Shown here one piece after another: positions 8,721-23,700 of a DNA stretch of 64,000 nucleotides. Under the pieces are notes generated by a model. The model was given only the letters and a program-made list of their open reading frames with translations. It did no database searches and was not told where the DNA came from. Numbering within the stretch: the stretch's first letter is position 1; each line of letters begins with the position of its first letter. The translations under genes were made by a program, and so were the position numbers. The DNA is from a virus, in IMG/VR virus record IMGVR_UViG_3300039098_000035, positions 17,832 through 81,831 of that record. One strand, 5' to 3'.

Positions 8721-11700
8721 ATCTCATTGCTTGTGACTGACGATGACGTACGTACTGTTTCCATTGTATGTCTTTAACTAATCCTATTGGATCTACCTTA
8801 GGTTGTCGCATACGTCCGTACTTATTAAACCAGTTCTTATATATATTTTCATATCGTTTGTATCTACCGTTATTGTTTCTATACTTATAAGGAGTGTATT
8901 TATTGTTTCCTTCACTGTAATTATATAAGAAGTTAAACGTATTTCCTAGTGTACGTTCTCTCTGTTGTACAGGTTTACGTACCCCAGGAGTAGGTGGTGT
9001 TACATTACGAGGCCCTAGTGTATTAGCTGACCTTGTAAGTACGCCTACTGTAGCTAAATTCTTCATAGCTTCTCCTACATCTTTAGTTGTTGCTAATGTG
9101 TGCAGAGATCTAAGTATTGGATTACGTCTTTGTTCTATAGTAGCTGCAGTGTTATTGAGAATGTTCTGTACATCGTATAGTCCAAATCCTAAACGAAGTC
9201 CTACGCCTCCTCCTACAGGTAGCCAACCATTCATAATTTGAAACTGTTCATACTGATCATATTGTCCATCTTCATCTGCATATTGTCCATATACGCCATC
9301 AACTATATCACTGATTAATCTATTGTATGATGGATCAAGCATTCTATCTAACCAGTTATCAACTGTACGTATTGGGAAAGATAGGTATGGTATATCTGCA
9401 AGTAGCTGTGTTTCTACAGGTGTACGTTGTCCATAATTAAACCAACGTTTTAAAGATCTGTTAACTGTTTCATTAAAAGAGTATCCATATAGGTATCTAT
9501 CAAATAGAAACCCACCTATACGTGCAGTATTTTCAATGGTCTCATTCATGTTCGCGTATAATTTATAAGGTTGGAATGCAAGTTCAGCTAATTTATTTTC
9601 AAAAGTACGTGAAGCATCGTTAACTTCTTTTGAAACTTCTTCATATGTTTTATCTGTTGTATTGTTGAAGTTGTCTGATACACGTTTCTCTACAATACGT
9701 CTTAAGTATGTGTAGTGTTCTTGTTTGTATGTATCTATCTGTGCATTTGTTTGCATGAATGCAGAAATTTCAAATAGAATATGTTCTACATCATTGTATA
9801 TTGGTTTATCTTTTTTACCTTTGTCTTTGTTATATTTTTCCATCCATTTTTTTATACGTTTACGGGGTTTGTTTGGTGTGCTAGGGTCGAACATTAAGGA
9901 ATCATGTAGTGTTAAGTATTCTGCAAAGTTAATGTTAAGTATAAATGCAGCACTGTCTTTAATATCTTTACGTCCATCTAATACTTGTAGTTTTTCTTTA
10001 GCTTTAAACCTAAATGTAGGGTCTTCTATTTTCTCAATTTCTTTTAAGTTTTTAAATCCAACAATATCTTTAACTACAAAATTCATAAGAGTGTCTAAAC
10101 TTTTTAATACTTTAGTAGCTCTGTCAGACCTGTGCTTAATACGCGATTTAACATTGTTGAGTTTTTTAACACCTTCAGTGTAGCTGTATATTCTATTGCG
10201 AATATCTACTAAATTTTTAACTAATGTAATAGCATCATTGTGGGTAATACTACCGTGGTTGTTTTTAATACGAGTAAATACTTGTTGCATTTCTTCAAAT
10301 TTACTTTTGATATCTATCTGTACTGTTAATCTTTCTTCATATACATCTTGGTAAAGTTTATATAGTTGTCCAGTAAGCCCTGTAATTCTAAGTATTTCTG
10401 GAGCTTTTGTTATGGTACCGTATAATCCTTCTTGGGTGTATAGTTCACTGTATATTTGTGTCCATGTATCCATGTAGTTACGGAACAGAAAGCCTAGTGA
10501 TAGTCTCATCATAAGTTTTTGAGAATACTGTAACGAAGATACTAAATCAGGTATCATACCTTTACCTTCTAATCTTGCAGGTTTGTATGCAATATCATAT
10601 GAACTCATAAAATCATCTAAGGTTACAAATCCTATACTTAATTCTTCTGTTGTATTATTATTCTTCATATGATCTTCCATCATCTTTAATACTCTAGCAA
10701 AATCTTCAGGAGTTTTAATATTAATTTCTTTTAATGTAGGTGACACATCATCTTTAAAATCTATACCGTTAAGGTCTACTGTTTTATAACGCTTACCGTT
10801 AATTTTAATACCGTCTTCTTTAGTTATACCTTTGTTTAAATCTTTCACATACTTTATAATGTCTTCAAACGAATCGAAGCGAGTAGTTTTTCTATGTTTA
10901 TATATATTCCAAGGCATCATCTTAGCCCAGTTAGATTTGTTATCATACTCTGTAATGTTTTTCCTTAGTTGATCTCCAAGATTTCTTACTAAAGTTTCAT
11001 TATCATAGGCATCCATTACCACTGTTAACCTTAAGAACTTTCGGTTTCCTCTGTAGTAATCGAATAATTTATCCCAGTCATAGGTGTCGTCATCGTTTTT
11101 AAACAATGAAGCCATTGTTAAGAATGGTGTTTGATACTTTTGCATGTTCATTAAGTTTGTATCTTTAATTTTTTGTACATCTTTACTGGTAAACTCTGGG
11201 TCATCTCCTATATATTTAGGTGCGTTTTCATAAAGATCGAATATAGTTCTACCTTTAGGGTCGTGTAGTAGGAACGTACCTTTACTGAAACTTTTACTGA
11301 ATGCTGCTTTAGCTGTAATCTCTTTCATCTTTTTAATCTTACTTCTAACTTCTTTTTCTTTAGCGTTAAGGTCAGCTATGTGTTTAGTAACGTCTTTATT
11401 TTTATCAATGTAAGCTATAGCTTTGTCTTTATGTGTAACGTCATCTTTGATGTGTATTATTTTACCACGTATGTTAAGTAATTCTGCTGATAATTCTTTT
11501 AACTCTTGCTCATTTTGTTTATACATAGTATATGCTGTCGTTATTTCTCTTATTGAATTTCCTACATTATGATAACTAAATTTATTACGGTTAGCTATTT
11601 TAATTTTGATATCGTTAGATGATAACTTTTTAATTCCGTCATCATATTGCTCTGCTTTGTCACCATGTATAGAGCGTAGTGTGCTGAACTCTGTCTTAAC

Positions 11701-14700
11701 ATTCTCAAGCAAGTCATCTAATGTCTCTTGGTTACGTATACTTTTAATACCTTTTTCTTCTAGGTATGTAGTAAATAATTTCTGTTCTAATGGTGTACTT
11801 TCGTTATACATTTTAGTATAGTTAGCTACGTTATTACGGGCATCACTACCTGTGCTTAGGTTGGATAACATTTCTTGTGAGTAATGTGCAGGTACTTTTA
11901 TACTGTTATTACTTACTGTATTAGTTTTTCTAGTTACATTACCTTCAAGATCCATAGTTAAATATTCGTAGTCTACATCTTTATTGTTTAATAGAAAATC
12001 TTTAGCTGCTTGGTGTTCATCCCCAAGTAATGCATCTAATCTAGTACGTTCATGTTTGCTTTTAAGCGTAATTAACTGTGCAAATAATCCATATCCTTTA
12101 GCTATAAATGGAATCTTATCTTTAGATAATGCAGCATGGTTTGTTAAATGGTACGTATCGTTAACACTACGGTATAGACTATATGATGTAGTAAGTACTC
12201 TAAGTACTCTATATGCAGGTATGTTATATGTTAACAACGTCTGCATGTATTCATTAACTGTCTTAACTGTACCTCTTACCTTAATTTTTTTGTCCAAGAT
12301 TTGTTTGATAGGTAGCTCAGCATTGAATGCTTTAGTAATTGCTTCAAGTACATCGGATACTTCATAATATATACTGTCAGCAAAATGGGCATCATTAAAG
12401 AACTCAGCCTTAGCGTATTCATTAATACGTTTAGTTAAGTTTATTCTTGCATCAGTTTCATTGTTGTAATAATCTTTACGTTGTGTGTTAGACATATCTT
12501 TATTCAATGCCTCACGTCTAGCTTTAACAACTTCATCTGATATACGTACACCATTTTTTTCAAATGGATTTGAATCCATAGCTATTGCTAATGACCTTGA
12601 ATGGTTTCTATCTACACCTGTTGTAACTTTACGTATACTTTCTTCAGCAGTTTTCGCCCCTACTTTTTTATTATAGTTGTTATAGAATACAGTCTTATCG
12701 ATGTCACGTCCAGCATGTTTAGCTAGACCAATGATAGTACTTGCATCCTCTGATTGTACCCCTAATTTTCTACGATCAATAATAATTTGATCGAGATAGT
12801 TGTCCCCTGCTTTTTTAATAAATTTTTTAACATTTTTATCTTTAGTAAAATTTTCAGCAACCTTAATGTTCTTACCAAAGTAAAATACATCGATGAACAT
12901 TTTATCTGATTCAGATAATGTAACGGTGCCATGGTCCTTATGGTCTTCAGTTATCTTTTCTAACATGTCCTTGTAGAATACATTTAGATCTTTAGGGTAG
13001 TACTTGTTGAAGTGTGCTACTATACCTATCTGATCTGTGCTGTCGTATACATCTTTAAGACTTGTAAGTTCTTCTGTTACTCTAACAGATTCATTGATAG
13101 TGGTGTGGATATCTCCTAATACTTTAATCATATCATCTGCCCACATATCTTTGTATGTTTCAGTGTTGCCACTGGTGTAGTAGTCTGCTATGTTTCCTAT
13201 TTCTTTCTTAGCTAATGATATAAACTTAGACTTGTTCATCTTCTTAGCTTTGGCTATATGCTTAGCACTTAATAGTTTTGTTACTAACGATCTAGTAGTT
13301 AAGTTACCATTACTACCTCTAAATGGATCCCATACATTACCCTCAGGGTCTCTATTCAAGCTGTTGTATCTACTTAATATTGATGCAGCTACACGGTTCT
13401 TTCTGTTACCACCGAACAGGTTGATACCACGTTTAGATGTTTGGATACGTTCTACTGTACCAAGCACACTATCAGTGTATACCTTACTGTTTGCTACCTT
13501 AAGGAATAATTCCTTATACTTATCAGCATTAACCATGATGTTCTCTATACCAACCTCTCTAATTGTAGCATTGTCTGCTTTAGATAGGTGTAATGTTTGA
13601 TACTTAAAGTCTTCACTACTTACGTGCTTAGATATGTCATACTTACCTGCACCTACTAACTTATCAAATATATAATACTTCGATGCTATATCTAATATCT
13701 TACTGCGTTTAAACATAGCGGCAACCTTAGCAGGGTTGTCATAGTCTTCTATTTTAAACCCATCTATAGTATTGGCACCTTTTGTTAGCTTACGTATTGC
13801 TACGTTCAAGAAGAACTTTCTATTATCGTTGTTCCATTTAATGTTAGCTTTACTTACGTCAGCATCATCGATATCTTTTTGAATACTGTCGAACGTACTA
13901 CCGTAAATTTCTCCCCAAGTATAGTGCGTTCTAATTTCTTTAAACGTGTGCTTACCTACTGATGAGTAACGTAGATCTACATTGTCAAATGTTATACGCT
14001 TGTTACTTGTTTGCATTTTTTTATTAATTTTCTCTATGTACCCGTGATCATAGTAGTTATCTTCAGTAGCATCTAAGTTCTTAAACAAAGTTTTTTGTGT
14101 AACACCTGGTTCAATTTCTTTATGGCTATCCACTGCTAACATACCGATAGTATCACCATCATTATCTCCACCTATTAATTTGTATAGGTAAGCATTAGCT
14201 TCTACTGCATGGTGTGTATGGTACCCTATAACTTTAAGCATAGGTACTGCATTATAATCCTGTACTGGTGAACGTGCAGCTACAACCCAACCATACTTCT
14301 GTCCGAAGTTTTCAAATGTAAACACTCCATCTTTCTCAGTGTACATTGTGTGGTCTACGCCATTAATCTTGTCGTTCGTTACACCTATACTGTTAAGGTA
14401 ATCAATAAATTTTTTCTTATTCTTAACTGTTGCTGTAGTACCATCATTAGACACTAAGTCCTGTGCTTTAGCAGACTTAATATCGAATCCATTGATGAGC
14501 TTTTTCCATATGGTCTTGTCTACTTTACCATACTCTAAGAATCCACCTTTTAAATCTTGGAATGCTTCCCATCCATCTTTAGATGTACGTATTTCTCCTT
14601 GACCTAACCTTAAGTTAGCAAGTAACTGTTGACGTACACCATCATGTCTTCTATATATAGACTCATACATTACACCTGTGTTACCATGTATAATTTCAAG

Positions 14701-17700
14701 TGCTTTATTTCTTGCACGATTCTCCATCTCTTCTAACATAACTTCTATTTGTTCTATCTCTCTAGGGTCTTTAAGAGTTTCTAATTTATTTTTATACAGT
14801 AGATATGTTTCAATATCATCCACTAGTATATTATTGAATAGGTCTTTAATATTTCCTATGGTCTCTGCTACGTTGTACTCCCCCTTGGTATCTTTGACAC
14901 CATGTACTGCTAATACTTTTTTGAATCCATAGTGATAGATGTTAGAGTATGTGCTTAATCCTTTATAATCTCCACCTAACAAAGCTTTCTGCCAATCTAC
15001 ATCTTTAGTTTCCATTACATCTGTCACAGAAGGAGACATAGATACACCACCACGTACGCTACCTTTGATATCTTTAACTGATAGCTTAATTTCTCCTGCT
15101 TCAGTTAACTCTGTTTTAGTAGACATGTGATCGGCAGTATGATCGGCATCCATAATTACATACAGCCCACCTTTATACATGTTCATACCTTTAAAATTAT
15201 ATTCTCCTACACTATTAGGTTTACTTATGTCTACAAACTCTACTTTTAAATCTTCTTTAAATGTTATATCAATAAGGCTTCGCCATTTACCTTTAACACC
15301 TTTGAATAGTTCAGAAAGAACTACATCATAGTCAGTACCAGGATCTAGAATAAGTTTACCTTTAGTTACATTGAACATTTTCTTAAGTTTAGCATTGTAC
15401 TGTTTAAGTGCTGGTACTTTTTTAGCTCCCGTCATATGCATACGTATTGTATCTAATGCCTGGTCTAGCATAGCACCGTATGCGCCCCTTTCTTGGATAG
15501 AAGATTTACTACCTATTATAGATACACCGAATTTAGCTCTTAGTCCTTCTACATACTTAACTCCACCTTTGAATCCATATAAACCTAACCAAGTTTTATT
15601 ACCTTCATCCCAGCCTAATGCACGTGCATCTGCTGAATCTATTAGTAATGTATCTTCAAATGCATCAGGATGATCTATGAATCCTACTTGCAGATTAAGT
15701 CCTATCTTATGTAGTACGTCATCTTCATACATATCAAATTGTTTTTGAGTAAGGATGTTAGGTGTGTATGTATTAACTTGTTTAACTACCTTATCATCCT
15801 TGTATGTCTCTAATAATAGCTCAGTAAGTTTCTTTTTCTTTGTTCCTTTTTGTTTGTTTACGTAATCTGTTATGTGCTCCTCGAAAGTTTTAGAAGGATC
15901 AGCATCTTCTAAGACATATGTTTCATTAATTGCACCTATAGGTGTATAGTTTAAGTGCATCTTAGATAACGACAGTATACTACGTATCGCATTCGTATTG
16001 AATGTGTGTAATTTATCTGCGTTAGCTTGTGTTCTAATATTTGTTGCAGACCCTGCACTACCTTCAGCAGATAGCTCAAGGTTCATACCTAATTCATATG
16101 CACGTTTTGCTGTCCACTTAGCTATGTAGTTAGTAGAATAATCTGCAGGTATTAAGTTCAAATGTTTACCGGGATCGTTAGAAGAAAACTTAGACATAAC
16201 TGTATCCACTATACCACGGTATACTTTGTGTATATCTCCTGCATTTTCCTTACGCTTAGCGTATTGAATTACATCTAGGTAACTATAGAACCTATGACGT
16301 AATAACTTGCTTAGATCGTATTTAACAAGGCTTGTATCTTTCATGTCTTTATCATTAACAGTACCTTCAAGTGCAGCTTTCATAGCTTTAGCTTGGTCTG
16401 CTTCTTCTTTATAGTACTTGAATGCACCTTTCTTCTGCATACTCTTCAATGTTTCTACAAGTTTGTTGATTGATTCATACGCATCATCAATACCATTCTC
16501 AGTAAAGATATTTTCTTTTCTTAGTCCTGTAAGTCCGCGTACTGTCTTACCATCTTTGTCTTTATGGATGTATAATGTCTTCAATAATTTCTTAAGTTCG
16601 CTAGGTTTAATCTTACGCTCTATAACTAAAGGTTTTTTATATATTAAATCTGTATCAGTCTCAGTGTAGTAGTACGCAAGTTTAACCGTACCTTTTGTAG
16701 GGTACTTAGTGTTATATGTGTACTGTTGTACGTATGTATTACCAAACTTATCAGGTGGAGTAGGTACGGATACAGTAATAATGTTTCCATTATCTGTTTC
16801 ATGTACAGTGTTGAATACTACATCAGGATTTAATCCAATACCACTCTTGTTTATACCCTCATTGTAATCGTTGTATGCACGTTCAACACGTTTAACATTC
16901 ATGTCTTTAATAAATTGTTTATCTTTACGTTTAGTTGCTGCGGCTTTTAAACCTTCGTAATCTTCTATGGTTATATCGTTAGCTCTACCTTGTAGTATGT
17001 TAAAAATGTCTTCATATTCAATCTCTTTCTTAACATTTGATATAACTTCTACTTTACTTAGGATCTCATTAAATTTATTTGTAATACTCTTTAGTGATGC
17101 GTTGTAACTCTTATCATCACCAGGTGTTTTGTTTTTAAGTATATCTATACTATGTTCATAATGTGCTATGTCTTTTTGTATGGCTATAGCCACCATTGAT
17201 GATATGTTCCTAGTCTCTAGTTTACCTACAGTTGTGTCCTTAGTGTTAAGTACTTCTAATACTTTATGGATTCCTCCTGTTGTACTGGTATTAGTTAATA
17301 ATGTATTGAATACTGTGTTACCTTGCCATTTAGGCACTGCCGTTAATAGGCTGTCGTACATACCCTTAAGCTCCACTGTAATATCTTTATCAGTAAGATC
17401 GATCTTGTTGTTTGCTTTAGGTAAGAACCTATGTATGTATTTGTTCCAACTTTTTTGTAGGTCTTTTACACGGATGTCTTTTATAGTTTTTATATCCTTT
17501 ATAACATCTGTAAGTTTAGTTTCTAACAGCGTTGTAAGTTCCTTACTCACTGTGATGTCTGAACCTTTATTAATTTTAGTAACTAACTTAGACATATTAG
17601 TTATTTTGTCAGTGTATCCTTTGATAAGTTTATTGATTGCTGCCTCTGACTTAGCTTTAATTACTTCAGGCTCTAATGTTTTCTCAAGCATCGCCTTAAC

Positions 17701-20700
17701 TTTAGGACTTTCCAATACTTTCTTAACATCAGCTTCGTTATCGATGTCTGTAGTCTTAAGTATATTAGCAATCTCTGTTAGATCCTTGATAGCTATGTTC
17801 ATACCACGTACTTGCTCATCCATCTGCATTTGAATAAGTCCAAGGTTAGTTGTATGTGTACGGGCTAGGTCCCTTTTACTTATCTCAAGTGCAAGCTCTC
17901 TATTTACTGCTATGTTTACATCATATGTCATAGTATCTGTGAAGTTCTGTATAACTCTAGTAGCACGTTGGATATCTCTAATGTACTCTTCTTTAAGATT
18001 TTCAATGTCTACTATTTTTGTAGTGATTTCACTGATACGATCTTCAAGAACTACTGCAGTATCTAATAGATCTTTTTGTTCTGCTCTTAATTGTGTAGAT
18101 CGTTCACCAGGTGCACTAGATGCAGGACTTTTAAGATACTCTATGTGTTGTAGTATTTGTTTTAACTTAACTTCAAAGTTTGTTATCATCTTAGCTGGTG
18201 CTAGTGTAGAATTATTCTCTTTAGAAATACCGAGCGCATCATTAACAGTACCTACAACAGTGTTGTGGTAACTTTCATACGCTGTTTGTGTGTTGTAGTC
18301 TAGTATAGTTTCTACGCTTAGTATGTGTAGATATTCTTTCTCTGATTTTTCTAATAATTCTTCAGTAACCCACTTCTCTATCTCTTTATACTGCTCTAAT
18401 TTAGAGTGTATTGAGAACCCTTTTGTAAAGTATTGTACTAGCTCATGCTTGATACTTTCTTTACTTACAAGTGTATCTGCGTCTACATAATTAAAGAACA
18501 GTTCATTGATGTAGTCTATCTGTGAGTTAACCCCAGTAAATAACGCTTCTTTAACTTCTACGTTTTGTATAATACTTAGAGATTCTTGTGTATCCTTTAT
18601 AACTTTAAGAGACATTATCTTAAGTATTTCGCTATAGAACTTATCAATCATATCAAGTTCATTTGCTGTTACTTCCATACCTCTATTGTATTTCTTGCGT
18701 ACCTCTTGTATTGCTTTATGGTACTGCTCTATAAGCTTACGCTCTTTACCCATGTTAACTAGGTTATCTTTACTAGTCCAGTCTAATCCAGTAGCTCTTA
18801 GCTTAGCTTCTATGGTATCTGCATCCATACTGTTGATCGCTTTGTGGTACATGTTATTTAATAATGTGTTTGCTATACGCTGTATGAATTTATCATAGTA
18901 CACGAAGTCAAAGCTCTCACCATTGTGTGCAATGATAGGTGTATTCTTAGACGCTGCATTCATTTCATCTACAAATGTTTTAACAAATAGTAAGTCATTA
19001 CCTTGACCTTTAACTTTTTCAATAGTCATGGCTGTAATTGCATCTACATCTGCTCTTACTGCAGTAGGATTTTCCTTGATAGCTATTTTCCACTGTTGCT
19101 CATAGAAATCCTCAATTTGTTTTGATTTAGTTATTAGTATAGCTCCATCAGGTTGCATCAGTTCTTCTGTACCAGCTACAAACATTTGATTACTTATGTA
19201 TTGGTTGACGATTTTTATTACAGGGCTTCCCTTATGCATAACTTGTTTAACTAATGTCATTTGATATGGTGTAGGTACCCCGTAATTATTCTTAATTGTT
19301 TCCATATCTAAAACGATGAATGCTTCAGGTATTTTTCTACCTAGTTTTTTCATTTGTGCAACGTAGTTTAATCTTGTAATGATGGCATCCATGATAGGGT
19401 TATGTAATTCTACTTTGTTAGATACACTAGCATCCTTTATTAATTCTTCTAATGTTTCTTTACCACCCTTGAATAGTCCTGAAGTTCTATTGATAACATC
19501 TTGTAAAACTTGCTCTTTTATTAGGGCAACCTCTTCAGGTGTCTCGCCTTTCTTGAATCCATACAAGTTCATGTATGTACCGAGGTTACTATTACTGTGA
19601 GGTTTCTCAAGTAAACGTGCTTCAACTAGTTTATCATATGAATCTTTATACCCCTGTGCTTCCACACTAAGTTCATCAATTTCTCCTTGAATTTTCTCAG
19701 TCTTAGCTATGTTACCTTTAGTGTATGTATAGTAACTTGCTTGTCTAAGTCTTGCTTTATCTTTAAGAACTTTAGCTTCTTTAATTTTTGTGCGACTGGC
19801 TACTAGTGTTTCATTCATAGTTTCGATGTCACTATCAGAGAGGTATGTTACTACATCCATAGTATTTATAGTAGGATTATCTATTTTAATTTCATTAGAC
19901 GCTTCCATCAATAATTTCTTAACTGATGTAGGCTTCGCTTTATCTAAGGCTTCTACTATTTTATTATTATTCTCCAGTGCTGCACGTGTTTTACTTATAT
20001 TAGCTTTAAGTTTCTCTAACGATACTACATCTTTCCTAACTTTAGCATTGTGTACTTTATCAATACTAAAGTCTAAACGCCCATCAATGTATGTATCTAC
20101 ATCTGTAGGAAGTTCTTCTGATTTAGTGTATGTATACCCTGGCTTGTACTTAATCATGTTGTTTAAATCTTTAACAGTCTTAGCAAGGAGGGTACTTGTT
20201 TTAAGATGCTTGCTTTTCTTAATAGCATTCTCTCTTAAGCTATTAGCTTTCATATCTGATAATTTAGAACGTTCGATCTTCATCTTACTTGCGAATGTAT
20301 CAACCGCTATGTTCGCATGTACTTTAATAAGTTTAGTCTTATATTCATCTTCATGTTTCTCCATGTCAGGTTTAGGTGTACGAATTAATGTTCTAGTACT
20401 TGCTTGTAATGCCAACACTTTAGCATCTATTATGTTTTCATAGGCAGCACCATCCATAGTTATACCTGCTAATAATTTCAATGAAGCATATTGTGAATCT
20501 AGCTGAGCTTCAACACGATCTTTAAATTTAGTAGTAGTTTCCAATATCTCTGTGATATCCCTCTTAGTTAGCTTGCCTACAGTTTCTGTTTCAAATACAT
20601 TTTTTTTAGCCGTAGTAATATTATCTTTGTATTTTTTATCTATGCTGTATATGAATCTATTTATAATTGCGAATTGGTTTTTATCTAATGTTGCACCTTT

Positions 20701-23700
20701 TAAATCTGCTATACCTTGGAACCCTGCTAGGTATGCGTCTAATCCATCAATACGTTTGTTTGTTATGTCTTCAGATTTTTTTAAACCTTTGTAATGATGT
20801 ATCCACTTAAGTGTATTACCTTTTGCACTTATGATCTTAGGGGTAGCCTCTAGATCTCTATCAATAATATCAATACTGTTCTCTATGAACTCATACCATT
20901 TCTTATATTTAGCTACTGATGTTATCTGTAGTATTGCTAATTCATTTTTGAATGTATTGAACGTATCTTTAGCTGTTACAAATTTACTTGAACGTACACG
21001 TCTAAACAGGATGCCTTCATCGGATTGAATCAGGGTATCTCGTTTAAGTTCTAGTGCTTTTCTTCTATCATACTCTTTAAGTATCCCTATATCCTTCTTA
21101 GCACGTACACCATCTACTTCTTTTTGTGCGGCTAAAGTTTTATTACGTACGAATGTTTCAGTATCTTCAATGAATTCTTTTATTAGTGTTGGGTTGTTCA
21201 TGAATATTTTTTGTAAGTATTCTTGCTTTTTGTTACGTCTATCTTCTAATAGTTTAATATAACTTTCTTCAAGATCTTCAACTGCTTTAGTAGTGGCTGC
21301 TACATTATCTTCAACCTCTTTAAGTTTCTCTTCAGCAACAGTAGTATCACTAAGTGCGAACTTAAAACTACTCTTAAGTCCACCTTGAGAACTTACTATA
21401 CGTTTTTTAATTGTTTCAAGTTCTGCCATTTTACGCTCAGTGTTAGTGTAGTCTATAGCTAAAGGCGTTTCTTCTATACGGATGCTATCATCAAATGATT
21501 GTGCTATTAACATAGTGTCTTCTGTTTGTGCATTTGTTATAGATAGGTCATTAAGTAATATCATCTTAAGATCTTTAGTAGCTTCAATTATTTTTTCAGC
21601 TTCTTTACGTTCTGTTGGTGTCATAGCTGCTAATGATTCTTTAGGGTACATTTTGTTTACAAGTTTTTGTACATCCTGGACCCCACTTAACATAGTAGTT
21701 ATGTTATTAATATCTTGTTTAGCTAACCTACTTTTACGTCTTAAATGTTTTTTAATGTATGTAAACATACGTTCTTGTCTATCAGCGAACTCTGCTTTAC
21801 CTACATTATATTTATTAACAATAATATAACCTAGTACCCCGCGTATGAACCCTTCTTTAACGTTGTTTGCTAAGAATCCTTCACTCTCAAACTTGTTAAG
21901 AATCCCTTTAAGTGAAGCATCAAGTCCTTTGATACGTGCAGTTTCATGTTTAGGTATTAGACTTATATACCTACCAAGTTCTTCCTTGTATGCGCCTATA
22001 AGATTGTTGTCTGCTTTCAATACTTGAAAGGCTATACCAATATCTTGCATACGGATGAAATCTTTTTCTTTAAAATCTTTACGCATGTGTCTAGTAAAAT
22101 CTGTAAACAGTTCACGTAGTTCATTGTATACTTTGTTCTTAGACTGTACTTGTGTTACATCATCTGCATAGTCTTCATCTATGATATCAAAACTAACATC
22201 TGCTAATGCATTGTTTAGGTCATGTTGTATCTTAGACATAGGTGACACTGAGTTTTGCTTAGACATTACGTTAGAATATATTCTTCTTTGTATATTACGT
22301 GTTACTTGATTCATTTTTGTTTCTGCAGTTAAGATATATTTAGGATCTATTCCTATTACTTCATTGACTGTATCAGTCTTAGGTATGCGTACCATCTTAA
22401 GCTTATCATTCATACTATCAGCATAGCTTCTAGCATCATTGATAAAGTTTAGTGAATCGTCAATACTATTTATAACGCTGTTATCGAACTTATCTTTTTT
22501 ATAGTCTCTACCAAGTGCGTTTGTTATTTCAACATCATTAATAGCTCTCATATTACCTTGTACTACTATATCTCTGTATGTATAACGTGCATCTTTAAAG
22601 TTCCATTTAGACCCTAGCTCTTTAAATAAGAATTGTATTTTAAGTTCGTTTAAAACTCTAGTAAATGCGTACATCTTACTAGTTGTTGTGAACTTAGCCT
22701 GTATCACAGATACAATACTGTCCATAGTTTTATAATTACGGAATAGGGATTCAACTTCTTCGTATTCTAAGCCAAACGCACTTAAAAATTTCTTAACTTG
22801 TATGCGTTTAGCGTCTGCTTTTAATTTAATACTTTTACCATCCATAGATTTAATGGCGAATAGATAATCATGCACAGCTTCTTTAAATATTATATTGTCA
22901 TCCAGTAGGGATATGCCCATAAGATGGTATACCTCATAGTTATTTTCAAACTTTCTATTTGTATGTTTTTTACCTGCTCTTAAGATATCGTATGCTTGTT
23001 GGAATACGTCACCTTGTACACGTACCCAAGCACCATCGAAGTCTTTATCCTTAAGGTTGTGTTTAGTTAATAACTCTGCAATATCGTAGCCTTTGGTAGT
23101 CTTCTTAAGGATCTCTATATCAACAAAGAATGCTGTAGCATTACGAACATCTATATCTTTGATACTGTCTAGGTATTCTTGGATTGATTTGAATCGTGAG
23201 GGTACGATCTCTTTCAATGTCTTAGGATCCACAGTGTAGTTCTGTTTATCTTTAAATGTTGTGTATTCTACCGCATCTAATAATTCTTTAATAACTATTT
23301 GTAAATCTCCATAAGATTCAGGGCTTAAGAAATCTAAAATACCTGCAGGGAATACTTGTTTAGTTATCCAACTATCCATTGTTACACTCCCTATATTACG
23401 GAAGTATTCAGGTCCTTCACTCCTAGCTGTTTTTGTTTTATCTTTTTGTTCTGTTAACAATTTTTGATAGTACTCATTAAATGTTAGCTTATTGCTTTCA
23501 GGTAATTCTGAGTACGCAAAGTTAGCTCTCATAACAAGTTCCATGAATGGTACCTTCTGTATGTTTCTTAAACTGTAATCTACATATGTATCTATTACTT
23601 CACGTTTAAACATATCTATATACTCTTCTACTTTACTTGTGTCTGATGTATCCATACCTTTCATAAAGAGTCTTCTAGGATCCCCTACAGTACTTTTAAG

